Below, piece by piece: positions 1 to 20,343 of a stretch of DNA of 64,000 nucleotides. A program made the translations under genes and the position numbers. The stretch is from the human T2T-CHM13v2.0 reference genome, Homo sapiens: NCBI RefSeq assembly GCF_009914755.1, contig NC_060928.1; one strand, 5' to 3'. Below the pieces are notes generated by a model. That model had not been told where the DNA came from, made no database searches, and saw only the letters and a program-made list of their open reading frames with translations. Within the stretch, counting starts at the first letter, position 1. Each line of letters opens with the position of its first letter.

Positions 1-388
<388 letters not shown>

Positions 389-389
389 T

Positions 390-711
390 CATATGCCCAG
401 GCTATTTCTCTTCCTTTGCCATCTTTATTGCCATCTATGTCATGTTGACTTTTATCATAAAACCCATTCCCTGATGACTCACAAATAAGCTGCAGATCCT
501 CCGGAATCACATCCACACTGATTATTTTCCCAATATTCCCAGCACAATTCTGTTTAGCTCTCCTTGATAGAGTGGTGTCTTAAGGCCATACCCAGCTCTA
601 AAGAAGGCTGAGAAGGCCCCGAGCATTGTTGCCCAAAGTGAGGTTTAAGGTCTGTTAATAAGGAAAGCAGAAAGAATAGTTATAGGGTAGAAAATTACCA
701 GTGTCTGACAC
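390..711. mobile_element. Old MaLR LTR fragment (MLT1J/K-like)
   Basis: Degenerate similarity to the MLT1 LTR end (...gtgtctgacaca); recalled consensus only. Confidence 0.45.
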
Positions 712-953
712 ACTCTTAAAGATGTTTTTATTAAACAAAGGGACCATCTATCCCAGAGATGAAATGCCACTTTCTAAACCCCAGAGGTAACTGCCATTGG
801 TTTTTCTTTTAAATGGCAATTTCCCCCCCAATGCTTTGCATACAAGTATCAGCAATATGTTGAGTCTCCTTTTTGGCTTCTTATAGTTTAAAAATTCTAG
901 CAATTTAATTTCAGGAGCATTCTTTAATGTATGAGTTTGTGGTCTCCAGATAG

Positions 954-1443
<490 letters not shown>

Positions 1444-1585
1444 TGAAACCTACAGAAAAGTTGCAAGTCCACTACAAATCACTCTTTTATATTGAGCCAT
1501 TTGGGCGTCAGTTGCTAACCTGATGCCCTATATGTGGGACATTCTCCAACAGAAACACAGTACAACAATTAAAATTGATTTTTTA

Positions 1586-1957
<372 letters not shown>

Positions 1958-2737
1958 TTAAATTGATTTAAATTTTAATCCATTTTTAATTATCAGTTGA
2001 CCTTGATAATTAATAATGTCTAATCCTGAAATCCCATCATTTGATCAATTATCCCGGTAACATTCCTTATAGCAAAAATAATGGATCCAGTTTAGAATAT
2101 GTGTTGCATTTAATTGTCACATGTCTTTGGTGTCCTTTCTCTGAAACGTTTCCTCAGCTTTTCTTTTATTTCCATGACCTCAGTACTTTTGAAGATTACA
2201 GCTAATTATTGTGGAATATCACTCAGTTTCAACATGTTTGCTTTTAGCAGGAGCATCACTAAATTGATGATATTCATCACTTTATGTTCTTACTGCGTCT
2301 CATCAGATGACGCTCAATTTTAATTCCTTCTGTTACTCATGACATTCACTTTAATCACTTGATTAAAATGGTATCTGCCAGGCTTCTCCACAATGAAGTT
2401 ACTATTTTGTCCATATAGAATTAATAAATATTTTGTGTGGAGATAAGATCTAGATAAATATTCAATTCCTCATCAAACTTCCATTTTATTGTTTTATTTC
2501 TATTAGGCTCATGGCTTCCTATTTTGTTAAATGGATTATAACCTGTTACTATTATTATTTATTTATTTTGATGCTTAAATTGTTCCCATATTTGGCTAAT
2601 GGGAGTCCCTTTAAATTGGTGTCTGTGTCATTTTGTCCCATCATTCCTTGATTATTTACTTTTTTTCTTGCACAAAAAAGTGTTCTGGCTCATCTTATAC
2701 CTTTCCTGACCCAGTATTGGAATCAGTTATTTCTCCA

Positions 2738-2880
2738 AGGGGTAAAGTTGCTAAATAAAATACAGCGTAGTCAGTTAAATTTGAATTTCAGGCAAATATA
2801 TATTGCATGTATGTCCCATGCAATAATATCTTCTTTGCTAAATATTTACTGTATTTTCATTTGCCAAATCTGGCACCCTA
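2738..2880. mobile_element. MER53-like hAT MITE
   Basis: cagttaaatttgaatttcag ... ttgccaaatctggcacccta terminal motifs; CCAAGG duplicated on both sides. Confidence 0.7.
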
Positions 2881-2902
2881 CCAAGGAGCCCTGATTCCTT
2901 TA

Positions 2903-3256
<354 letters not shown>

Positions 3257-3292
3257 ACAACCAGAGCAGGTCTGTTGATTCCACTTTTGTTT

Positions 3293-3360
3293 CTCAGGCT
3301 CTCTCAGTGGACTCTCAGGCTCTCTCAGTGGACAGCTCTCAGGCTCTCTCAGTGGACAGC
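3293..3360. repeat. Short tandem triplication of CTCAGGCTCTCTCAGTGGA(CAG)
   Basis: Three consecutive copies of a 19-24-bp unit. Confidence 0.9.
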
Positions 3361-5177
3361 ACTAGGGAACACACACACACTCACATACACATTTACCTCT
3401 ATACATGACAACATTGACGTTGATGTAATATGGATACAGAAACATTGCATTCTATGAGTTCACACCGATATTCTAATTCTAATTCAATACCTCAGGGATT
3501 ATTCCAACTTTCTCCCTTTCCATATTTATGACTCCTTTCAAAGTGAGAAACTGGACTCCCATGAGCCTTAATATATTTATTTGTTTGATCCATCCCCTGG
3601 TACATTAACCAAACTCGCATTACTGCCACTGCTCCCTCCCCAGTGTCGCTGTCCTCCTCAGTCTGTGCCCTGACCCTTGTGCCAGGCCATCCCCACATGT
3701 AGACACTCCCTTCACTCGACTTGTGCTCTGGTAGCTCACCCAGGACACCCCACAGTGTGGATGCCCTCTTTACCTTGCTTGAGATCTGGTACCCTGGGTC
3801 AGGTCACCCTACTGCATGGATCTCTACTCCCCTGCTCAGGCTCTGCCACCATATAGCAGTCTGTCCTCCACTCATAAGCCCTCCTTGTCCTGCTATGGAA
3901 CTCACACCACCCAGATCCTTCCCCAGTGGGATATCCCTCAATATCAGTGTGTTTGTATTTAGCAGGAACATCACTAAAGTGATGCCATGGACACCCTCCT
4001 TACCTCGCTTTAAGCACAAAAATTTTATTTAAGTCACACTTAAGTTTGAACTATTATATTACTCATTACTAACAATACAAACTGAGGTTTTCAGTGTAAA
4101 AGAAAGTTTGGCAGAGGCAACTGGAAAAATAGTTATCCAATGATATTTTTATTCATTTAAATTGAGTTGATACTAACCAATATTTATTGACTAATAATAA
4201 AAAGAGAAGTCAAAATTTTAAATGTAAACTCTTGGCTATAAACCTGTATTTCCACTTCTTCCTAAAACCCCCTAAGATAACAGTAAAGGAATGAAAATGG
4301 TACAAAAAAATACAAAGAGAACAGAAGACATGATGGCAGCAGAAAAGAATTGTCAGGAAATTCTAGAAGATAGAAAGTACTTGAACAAGGAATGACTGAC
4401 TTAGAGAAAAAAAAGCTAAAACCTATGTTCCTGCACCAGTGTCCAGCACTAACAGGCTGATCCTTGATGCAGAACCCCAGAAAAATGACAGAAATTGAAG
4501 TCACTAATTGCCTCTCAAGACACAGGGTAAAGCAGAAAGCAGGCTTTCTCTTAAGCATGAATGAGCAACTAAGGATCACCACATGTTTGAGGAAAGTCTA
4601 ACGTAAAAGTTAAAAAGAAAATTAACCTGGAGAAAACTAAGACAAAATGGAAGTAAAAGTTATCAATATTGTGATAAAAGTATATTAAAATGAAGGGAGG
4701 GGGACAATGGGGGTATGCATGAGTTTTAAGATCATTAAAGACTCATCTTTAATTTTAGGAAATTAATAGGTGATGTCTTGATTTCAAAAATTATGACACA
4801 TATGTATATGCATGTTAGTTAGATGCAAATACTAAAGGAAAAAACACCTAAAAGAGTGGAAAATGGTTGCTCTAAGGAAGCCATGGCAAATGAAGGGAAA
4901 GACAGGTGATACTTGGTTTTCTTTACTGTAAGAAAGTCTTATTTTCCCCTGTATTACTTTGATTAAAATAATTTAATTTAAAAAATCAAGTTCATACAGA
5001 TTGATGCATCTTGATATAGCACAGTTTGACAAGAAGGAGACTGTAGTGGAAACAACGAGAATTTGGCACCTAGATTCAAATACCAATTCTGCCCATTTAC
5101 TGTTCATGTAACTGTACAACAACCCTTGAGATTCAGTTTAGACATTTGTAAATTGGGGATAATTATACTTGCCCTAC

Positions 5178-5563
5178 TGTATTAGCTTCCCAGGGCTGTT
5201 GTAACAAAATACCATGGGCTAAGTGGTTTAAAACAACAGAAATTTATTGTCTTACAGTTCTGGAGGCTGGAAGTCCAAGATCAAGGTGCTGGAAGGTTTG
5301 GTTTCTCTGAGGTCTCTCTCCTTGGCTTGCAGATGTCCACCTTCTCCCTGTCTTGAAATGGCCCTTAGTGTATATGTGTGTGCATTCCTGTTTCTTCCCT
5401 TTATAAAGATATCAGTCATCTTGGATTAGCCCCACCCCACGGCCTCATTTTAACTTAATCACCTCTTTACAGACCTTATCACTATATACAGTTACATTTT
5501 GAACAACTGGGGGTTAGCACTTCAACATATTAATTTTAGGAGAATTCAATTCAGCCCCTAACA
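5178..5563 (-). mobile_element. MaLR solo LTR (MLT1B/C-like) inserted in a MIR
   Basis: TG...CA ends, perfect 5-bp TSD CCTAC (5173-5177 / 5564-5568), MLT1 motif ttctggaggctggaagtccaagatcaaggtg. Confidence 0.85.
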
Positions 5564-6346
5564 CCTACCTATTACATTCACTAATTCGCTTAGATTTATT
5601 GGTCTCCTTCCATGTTCCAACCTGTGCTAGGCACTGAGGATTGAAATTGAGAATCAGATGAGATAATGACATTTTGAAAACTGACTTAAAATACCAAAAA
5701 AAAAAAAAAAACCCACACATTAAAGTATAGCCCACCCACATAATGCTTTGCTTGCAGGAAATCATTAAATTGAATGAAGTTAAATGACGAAAATGAAAGC
5801 TTTCTAAAAGGGGGAAAAAATGGGAAGCATGGACAAAGTTATAGAATAGCAACTATTATTTTTAAGCGCCTGATAGGTGCCAGGCACTGACTATAAAACT
5901 TATGTAAATTGTCTCATTTAATCCTTACTATGACCCTGCTGGGTAACTATTACCAAAACCATTTTACTGGTGAGAAACCTATTACTAAGAGACTGTAACA
6001 TCCCGGAAGTTATACAGCTTTGTGGCTTGAATTTGGATCTACTTAATGCCAAAGGAACTCATGTTCCTTTTACTACTCTCTACTGTGAGTCAAAAACATA
6101 GAGAACTATGGTTAGGCTCTACTTCTTACATTATTTTTTGTTAAATATTAAGTATGTTCAAAAAACCATTATTCATGTGTATGGAGAATAATAATAAACT
6201 GAACACCTGTGTACTCACCAGCTGGCTTGAGAAAGAGAATATTGCCAGTACCTTAGCAGTCCCTGCATACATCTCTCTAGCCCCATTTTCTTCCCTTTTT
6301 TCCCAGAAGTAACCATTATTCTAGTTTTGTGCTCACCCACCTGTGA

Positions 6347-6374
6347 TACACACACACACACACACACACACACA
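6347..6374. repeat. (CA)n microsatellite
   Basis: Seen directly. Confidence 0.9.
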
Positions 6375-6391
6375 AATTTTCATTTTCCATG

Positions 6392-7548
<1,157 letters not shown>

Positions 7549-7900
7549 CATTTTGCATATTTTCAAAATCTGAATGACTCATGTGTTCTGCTGGGATTCA
7601 CTTGTTTCCTACTCAATATTAGGTTCCTAACTTATTCAGGCTGATACACGTAACCATAATTATATTGCCAGGGCCTCTGATGGTCTAGTACCACCAACCT
7701 GGCCGCTAGAATTCTGTTATTCCCATTTACTCTGGGGCATTTCTTACCATCAATCTTGATCTAGAGGACAAGCAGTTCTGAGCTTCTCAGAATATACTAG
7801 CATATTGCTTATCACTTTAATAAGGGAGTGTCCTCTAGGACCTCCCAGGGAACATTGTTGGCTGGTGGGTTCTCTGGTGTTACATAGTAAATGCATTCTT

Positions 7901-8204
7901 GGCCAGGTGCCGTGGTTCACACCAGTAATCCCAGCTGAGGGATTGGGATTTGGGAGGCTGAGGTGGGTAGATTGCTTGAGCCCAGAAGTTCAAGACCAGT
8001 CTGAGCAACATGGCAAAACCCCATTTCTACAAAAAATACAAAACTTAGCTGGGCACGGTAGTGCATGCCTGTAGTCCCAACTGCTCAGAGGGCTGAGGTG
8101 GGAGGATCGCTTGAGCCCAGCAAGTCAAGACTGCAGTGAGCTGAGATTGTGCCACTGCACTCCAGCCTGGGTGACAGAGTGAAACCGTGTCTCAAAAAAA
8201 AAAA
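7901..8204 (+). mobile_element. Alu SINE (AluJ-like) with a small insertion near 7936-7949
   Basis: Dimeric Alu; TSD AAATGCATTCTT. Confidence 0.93.
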
Positions 8205-8864
8205 ATGCATTCTTACTTCTAATCTCTTTGAACTTGCTGACCTCTTCTTCATCTCTCTTCTAAGAAGTTCCAGCATCTCCATCTGATCATTATTTTCAAG
8301 TTTCAAGGAGCTGTTTCTGCAATGTATTAGGTACAGTTCTGGGCATTCTACCAGGATAGTGAGTCCCGTGTCACTGAATAATACACCTGTATTAACAAAC
8401 TGTCCACTATTCAGTCTTATATTCTGCCCTCCCTGATTTGGCACCTTTAAGATTCATTTCCAGGAGAGTTCTCCCACTTCCTGCTAGTACCTATTTGCCA
8501 GGTTTTGCAGTGCTTTTGGTGAATAACCCCTTTCTTCACATAACAGTATTTCCTCGCTTGGCTCATAATAAGATTTCTCATTATTGGTCTAGAAGAAATG
8601 AAGAGAGGTAGGGATGGATCTTAGAGACAAGCATCATCCTGCAAGGCATTTGCCCTTGCTACGTGAGGCCTTGGCATAGTCTCCGAGCACCAGAAGTCTG
8701 ATTTCTCCTAGCAAGGAGAAAGGCTCCAGAGTATTCTCACTCTCAGTTTTAAGAGGAATCTGGGGTTTTAAGGTCCTTGAGCCCATCTACCCAAATATCT
8801 CCATCGGAACTCTCAGGGCCCCTCTCCTTTTTCAGGTCCCTTGCTTTAGCATTAGAAATTTGGG

Positions 8865-9154
8865 GGCTGGGCACAGTGGCTCATACCTGTAATCCAAACA
8901 CTTTAGGAGGCTGAGGTGGGTGGACTGCTTGAGCCAGGAGTTGGAGACTAGCTTGGGAAACATGGTGAAACCTCGTCTCTATGAAAAAAAAAAAAAATCA
9001 GCTGAGCATGGTGGTGCATGCCTATAGTCCCAGCTACTTGGAGGCCTGAGGTGAGAGTAGATAGATCACTTGAGCCCAGGAGGTTGAGGCTGCAGTGAGG
9101 CATGTTCGCACCACTGCTCTCCAGCCTAGGTGGCAAAGTGAGACCCTGAAAAAA

Positions 9155-9156
<2 letters not shown>
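8865..9156 (+). mobile_element. Alu SINE (AluJ-like)
   Basis: Dimeric Alu. Confidence 0.92.
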
Positions 9157-9206
<50 letters not shown>

Positions 9207-9313
9207 GAAAGAAAGAGAGCGAGAGAGAGAGAGAGAAAGAAAGAAAGAAAGAGAAAGAAAGAAAAAGAAAGAAAGAAGGAAAGAAAGAAGAAAAGAAAGA
9301 GAAAGAAAGAAAG
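9148..9313. repeat. (GAAA)n/(GA)n purine-rich compound microsatellite grown from the Alu tail
   Basis: ~165 bp almost purely A/G. Confidence 0.95.
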
Positions 9314-9819
9314 CTGGTGGGCTGTGAACTCAGTCTCCTTTTTAGCTCTGTTGTATTTAAGATCAAACTTGGGGTCTTATTCTTCAGCTCATTCTACCCT
9401 CTGTCTACAGATGAGACTCCCTTTAAATGATGCCATGAAAGATTTCTGGCTTTTAACCCATGCTCTAAGTCAATGATTACCTCACCTGAGCCTGCTATTT
9501 CCTTCCTTTGTGGCTTCTCTAGCAGTTAACAACAAGCAACCAGCTCCACAGTTCTCATAATTATCATTGTCCCTGTATCTTTCAGTTCAAGAGCTACTCT
9601 ATCAGCCAGTGCATTTCCCCGCCACCTACACACTACCGCAGTTAATCACAGGCAAGACTCTTAGTAATAGTGATGCTATAGCACTCCAGAGATCATCACT
9701 GCCCCACTTACTAACAGTGATGGGGTTTTTGTTGACCTGCTCTTTGTTGGCCAGCAAGTGACCCAATGCTAGAATCTCATTCTGAGGGTCTTCTGCCTTG
9801 GGCCATTCCTAAGACTTCC

Positions 9820-10260
9820 TGACTTAGGCTAGGTTCCTCCAAAACTAAGGATTTGAGTACAAGTGGTATGTTTGAAGTGTAAAATGTACCAGGAAGAACT
9901 AGTAGAGTAGTGAAGACTTGAGCCAGCAAAGGAAAGAGGCCAGCAGAATATTTAATCGCCAAGTTACCCACTGAGAACAATTGGGGCTCAGTCCCACCAA
10001 AAACCTCTGGGAGATGTGGAATACACATCAAAATTTTCCCACCCAGCGGGGGGCAGGAAAGCTGGGGTGTTTGTCTTTCAACTCCCATTTGCCCTTGGGT
10101 AAGAGCTGTTCCCCCAGCATGGACCTGCCACAGAGACAGAAAGAAGCCCTTGGGCCACAGGCAGAGAGTCACAGATGCTTCCAGTAACACTGGCTTATAC
10201 TAGATCATCCCAAAGGACCTGGGGGATGTGGGCAGGGCACTGATGGCTGTCAGCTATACA
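9820..10260. mobile_element. Old ERVL-class LTR (LTR33-like)
   Basis: ttaggctaggttcctcc...aaggatttgagtacaagt motif; recalled consensus only. Confidence 0.5.
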
Positions 10261-10395
10261 TGTTCCAATGACTTCCTGTCTAAAATAGCTTCATCACCTT
10301 TCCTCATCATTGCCCGTCCTCTTCAGCTGCTTTCTTTTACTTCTACCTGTCATTCTATTATATTTCTATTTCTTTTCTTTGTCTTTCTTTCTCTC

Positions 10396-10703
<308 letters not shown>

Positions 10704-11099
10704 AATATTTATATTTATTTTCTTATCTGTCTCTCCACTTCCACTAGAATATAGGCCAGGGACTTCATCTGATTTATTTGCCACTATAATACATCCTTAT
10801 ACCCAGAACAGTGCCTAAGACATAGTATGGACACAAAAAAAATTTAGAACGAATGAGTGAATGAAAAAAAGTGATATTTGCAATATAGTTTGAAAACAGC
10901 CTCTGTGACTAGGAAGTTAGGAAGGAGAAGGAAATTATTAGAATTTGAGAAGAGAGGTTAATTGAGTGGAGCCATAAGAAGCAAATATGAATTTGTCAAG
11001 GGAATCAAACATGAAAAAGTTGTTCCATTCAAAAACTTTTCGGTTTCAATTGCCTAAGAAGAAAACAGCTAATGCATCGAGAAGAAATAACAGAATGTT

Positions 11100-13265
<2,166 letters not shown>

Positions 13266-13559
13266 CTAAAAAGCTGGAGGGGACAGAATGTACTTGCTTC
13301 TAAATTTCTGATATCCTACTTCCACTTACAGCACTTTACAAGGGATTTGAAGAGGCATCTATCTTAAACAATAGCAACAATACACTTTAAGTTTTAAACT
13401 ACATTTTATGAAAGTGCCTGAAAACAATTTCAGAAAACATTTTAAAATGCACTTTCATTTAAAATCAAAAGAAAAAAAATTCAGTGGCTGCTCATTAATT
13501 GCCCAGTGAATTAAAGAGGGAGCTCACAGAAGGGTCTAAACTTTCTTTTCTGCCTTTTC

Positions 13560-13610
13560 TCCCATCACTACCTTATGTACATCCCATCACTACCTTATGT
13601 ACATCCCATC
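13560..13610. repeat. Perfect 22-bp tandem duplication TCCCATCACTACCTTATGTACA (2.3 copies)
   Basis: Seen directly. Confidence 0.95.
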
Positions 13611-13845
13611 CCAGATTGACTGAAGCCTGTGCTGCTGATGCCTTTGTCCATGTTCTTTCTGCTTGAGAGGCCCTCTTTCCACATGGGCCTCCTTCTCCCT
13701 TCAGCTATCTCTGACAGGCAGAAATCCTACTCATCCTGTAAAGCTTCTTCTGGAAGCTTTGCTGATTACTCTCACCCTAACCAGATGTGTGTTCATTCCC
13801 ACAGGCACCTCCACCCACGGTTCATCCTGCCCCTGGTGTTCTTTC

Positions 13846-14239
13846 CAGGGCTGGGACCAGGGGGAGGCAAAGTGAGGCAGTTACTTGAGTTGCAAATTTT
13901 AAGGGGATGCCAAATAACTCAGTAACCCAGTATTTTCAAATCAGTATCTAATCAAGTTTCACTCATTACATTTAGTTATGTCTCTTTAGACCCTTTTCAT
14001 CTAGAACATTCCCCCACCGTTATAAAATGTATCTTGCAGAATGTACCATATTCAGTACATATTGAATAACTCCATTTTCTAATTGTGTATAATATAGTAT
14101 TTTAAATAAATGTTTTAGCAAATCAAAATAATGCAAGAAATTGATGTTGAACAAAATATCAGAATTTAAAATAAAGACAGGATCAGTATTACTGATTCTT
14201 CCTGAGCCTTGGGCTCCAACATGGCTCCAGCCAGCACTG
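13846..14239 (+). mobile_element. MER96B-like hAT-Tip100 element carrying an internal insertion
   Basis: Starts CAGGGCTGGGACCAGGG; internal aacaaaatatcagaatttaaaataaagacaggatcagtattactgatt; ends CAGCACTG. Confidence 0.7.
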
Positions 14240-15798
14240 GCTCCTTTACAAACTGCAGGGATACAAGGACTCACTCATCTTGTATGCCCTGCCACACCTG
14301 TCCTAGGGCCTGGCAAGTCACAGGCACCCATTCGTCTGACAACAATTTTCTGCTCCTTCCATGTATTACTTCCCTCATTAAAAGAAGCAAATAAAACAGC
14401 AGCAGTGATTAAGTCATCTAAGGACAGATTCATGAAGGAAAAAATATGTAACAGGCTTGTATTCAAAGAAAATAAGAATTATCTCTAAGGCAAAGAATTT
14501 CAGCTACATCCTACAAGTGAAGATAGACCACAAGGGGAAAAAAGCTATTATTCTAAATATTTTTCATTTTAAAATGCTCTTTTTTATTACCAATAGTAAT
14601 CATCCTGAATAACTGAAATCATCACATCCCCTTCTTATCTTTGGTATAGAAATTTTTTTTTGGTCATAAACAGATGCACAATTCTTGATATAAAATTTAA
14701 TATATTACATATAGCCCCATTTCCAGATTTTCTTATCTTTCAGTTATAGATTTCTTTCTTGCAGCAGGGATGAAAAGAATTGTCTGTTTGTGGGCGTTCA
14801 CATTCTTTGTGATTTAATAACCATTTTGACAGTCCTCTTTTGTAGGCCTAAGACTTTAAAATAAAATCTAGGAAAAGATTCAATGACAAATAGGGTATCT
14901 CAGTATCACCATTGTGTTCCTGTATTAATCAGAGATTTAATTATTTAATTCATCTCTTCGAGCATCATGATATCATCCTATGTAGTCTATTTTCTAATCT
15001 GGCTAAAACCGGTTTGGTTCTCATGACTCTGTAATACACGGGTAGTACAGAAAACCTCAGTGCTTAAAGGGGAAACAAAACTAAAATAACTTACTGGTCT
15101 GCTGTATATTTTCATGTTCTTAGAACTATTGTTTCTAATATTATATGTACAATTAGACTGCTTTGTTTGGTAATATATTCAATTTTTAACATTATCTAGT
15201 CTTATCAGGAGATAAACACAGCAGAATTCAAATGGCTTAAGTACTCTCTGTGTAAAAGGATAAATTCTTGCTCCTTAAATTACGGTAAACTATGCCCCAC
15301 ATTCACTGAAAACTTAAAACTGCCATTAACTATCATGGAGATCCATCAATTTAGTTCCATCTTAAGAGTGAACAATAATGAACAAGGATAAGAAGCATGA
15401 AACATGAAATGTTTTTAAATGAAACAAAACTGATTAGAACCTAGGACTAGATTCCTCCATTTGTTAATCCAATGAAACCTACCATATATAAGAGTATCTT
15501 GCCTATCTTGGGGGGAAAAACCAGCCAAAGACTTGGAGGATGCCTTATGTATTTTTTCATCAAGATTATTGGTGATTCATAAATTGTCTTTTGAAAGTTT
15601 AATTATAATTTTAGATTTTATTGCTGACAATAGGCAGAAATGAATTGATGTATGTTAGTTATTTGCTAGGAAGGAAGATCTAATTATTCTTTAGGTTAAA
15701 GAACAAAAACAAAACAACAACACAGCTAGAGACCACCTTTTTGGGGGCAGTTGCCTTTCTCTTCCTTCATCAAGTTTTGTAGTCAAGAATTAGAATAG

Positions 15799-16110
15799 GG
15801 CCAGGTGCCGTGACTCAGTGTCGAATCCCAACGCTTTGGGAGTCTGAGGCAGGAGGGTCACTTGAGGCCAGGAGTTCAAGACCAGCCTGGGCAACATAGC
15901 AAGGCCCTGTCTCCACAAAAGAATAAATAAATAAATAAATAAAATTAGCTGGGCATGGTGGCATGCAGCTGTGCTCCCAGCTACTTGGGAGGCTGAGGTG
16001 GGAGGATGGTTTGAGCCCAGGAGTTCAAGGCTGCAGGGAGTCATGATTATACCACTATAGTCCAGCCTGGGTGACAGAGCAAGGCACTGTCTCTTAAAAA
16101 AAAAAAAAAA
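15799..16110 (+). mobile_element. Alu SINE (AluJ-like)
   Basis: Dimeric Alu; TSD remnant AATTAGAA. Confidence 0.93.
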
Positions 16111-16469
16111 TTAGAAGAGGATCTGCATTGTAAACTAAATCAGGAGGGCTCATTCCTGTTACATGAAGGAGCTGGTACTGGTTAGTCTGGAAAATGGTAA
16201 ATCAGTTATGGGATTATGGGTAACATTGATCTCCTCATAGATGATGATGTAAGCAAGTGATTTCCTCAGGGAATGAAGAGAAGAGCTTCAGCATACCGGG
16301 AACAGTGCTTGTTGCCTTGGAAAATTCATTGTTGCTGGACACTGAATATTGAACAATTTCAAAGCTTAGATCAAGAACAGTAATCTTGTTTGTCTTGTCT
16401 ACTCAGCACCCATCACCATGTATGGCACATAGTAGGTGTTTAATAGAGATGACGAAGTGTTTAAAGTCT

Positions 16470-16985
16470 ATAATCATGAAGATATGTGGAGGAAACAACA
16501 GCATATAACTGAGTGAAAGAAGCCAGTTTGCAATAGATACATATGATTCTAACTACATACATTCTGGAAAAGGCAAAACTACAGAGATCAATGATTGCCA
16601 GGGGCTCACAGGGAGGGAAAGAAGGATAAATCGATGGAGAGCAGGGCAGGGGATTTTTAGGGCAATGAAACAATTCTGTATAATCTGTAATATTAGATAC
16701 ATGTCATTATATATATGTCAAAATCCATAAAATGTACAATACCAAAATTGAACCCTAATGAGGTTCAAATTTGAGTCCTAAACTATGGACTTTAGTTAAT
16801 AATAATGTATCAATATTGGCTCATCAGTTATAAATAACATATGTACCGCACGAATGCAAGATATTAATAATGAGGGCAGCTGTGGTAGGGGAAGAAGGTA
16901 TATGGGAACTCCCCGTACTTTCCTGTTCATTTTTCTGTAAACCTAAAACTGTTCTAAAAAGTAAAGTCTATTAATTTTTTTTAAA
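16470..16985 (+). mobile_element. L1MC-like 3' end
   Basis: cattctggaaaaggcaaaact ... ctatggactttagttaataataatgtatcaatattgg ... aaacctaaaactgttctaaaaa. Confidence 0.75.
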
Positions 16986-16995
16986 AAGTCTATGA

Positions 16996-17403
<408 letters not shown>

Positions 17404-17487
17404 TTGTGCCCCTGACTTTCATTCTAGGATGATATAAAAGGAGCTATCAGAAACTGGGTGAACAAATGAATGTAATATCCAAGGTAA

Positions 17488-17806
<319 letters not shown>

Positions 17807-18743
17807 CTCGTTAGCATCTATTTTCTTTTGAGTAAGTAACTATTGAGTGCCAACTACAGGACTGCTAGTCAATGTGTGGTATAGAAAGAAAATAAACTGC
17901 TCCTTATCTGAGAACTTCTAATTGTTCTCAGATTTATTTATTTGTTTTCTCAAACAAATAAAAGAGCTGTTTTATTCTCTTGACCACAAGATTCTTCAAG
18001 ATGGAAAATATTTACTGCCAAAGAAGAAATAAACACTTTAGGGAGTATGACTAGTATGAATTTAAGTAAAAGTGATTGGGTCAAAAACAAAGGCTCAAGA
18101 TTAAATGTAAGAAGACAGGGAAAGCATCTCAATAAAACTGAAGGTGCATATAAATGAATATCAGAATTAGGATCTCTTAAAACAGTCAGAAAGTTTATGT
18201 ATGTATGATTTTGTAAGTCATCTGTGACACACTATAATCACCTGGAATTGGACAAAGGATGGAACAAAATCAACCCCTTTGCCTGCTTGCCTTGGGCCCA
18301 CCTCCAACATACACATGCACACATACATGCATGCATACACGTGTGCACACACAAACACACACAAACTGTATTGTTTTTAAGGATCTCTAAGTTATAGACA
18401 GTTCAACGCAGCCACCAGAGGAAACTGGCATGGGAAAAGGAGATGTCCCATCTGGTGTTTAAAATGAAACAAAGCAAAACACAGGTGTATACAATTAAGA
18501 CATCTTTCTCATCATGTAAAAGGCACAGGTAGTTCTGCTTCTTCCTAGTTCCACACCCACTCCTTTGGCTGACCTTTTGTAACTTCCTTTATTCTTCAAA
18601 TCTGGCTGGGTGTATAACGTAAGCTGGTTTTATCTCTACACCAATTGCAATACATCAAGTGGTAAAGAAGGTGACAAAATGAAAACAATACAATTTCCCT
18701 AAATCCCACCCCACACAAGGACAGGCCAAACTTGAACTGAGGT

Positions 18744-19187
<444 letters not shown>

Positions 19188-19977
19188 CTCAAGATAGATT
19201 AAAACAAAACAAAACAACAACAACAATAACAAAAAACCCACAAAAACCAACAACCCACACACAATCCCCAAGATTCCAAGCATTGGGAAAACCTTCTTAA
19301 AGAGTTGAATTATAATAGATTCGGGGCATTTTTTGAATATCCCTAATGAGGAAGTAATATAGAGTTAATGCTTTATAGTTGAAGGCTCAGTTCTGCTACT
19401 TACCAGCCAGGAAAGTCACACAGAGTGTCTGAATCTCATTGTCGTCATCTCTAATATAAGGGTTTTAATAACACTTATGCTTTACAACAGACAGTTATAA
19501 CAAAGATAAAATGAGATAAATAAAGCAAAAGTATCTATCATCATCATCATCATCACTGTGATCATTATTCCTTCTCTCCCTGGAAAAATACATTCCCCAA
19601 GAGATACCCAGGAAAGTGCCTACATATTTTTAGGGTATAATTCAACCCTTGGTGAAACCTTGAAAAACTGGAAATATGTAGGTTTGCTTTCAATTTCAGC
19701 AGATTGTTATCACCAAAGCTGCAGCATTTCGACATGCTGGTTATGCACTGCACAGCTCCAGGGGACACCATTCATGTAATTCAGGACCCATAGCTGAAAA
19801 CTAAGGTTTAGTAGGTGAAGATTTCAGATCCCGCTTTCTGTAATAAACGCATAAGTGGTTAAGCAAACCAGATAGCTAGCTATCCAAACAATTGGCACAT
19901 GGCCCTCATATTTTCAAATAAACTTGAGACGTATAGAAAATTCAGTGAACAAAAAGGATCTCTATTCTGGAGATTAA

Positions 19978-20343
<366 letters not shown>

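Noticed and set aside
9034-9430. Lys/Glu/Arg-rich and Phe/Ser/Leu-rich ORFs
   Set aside because: Translations of the (GAAA)n microsatellite.
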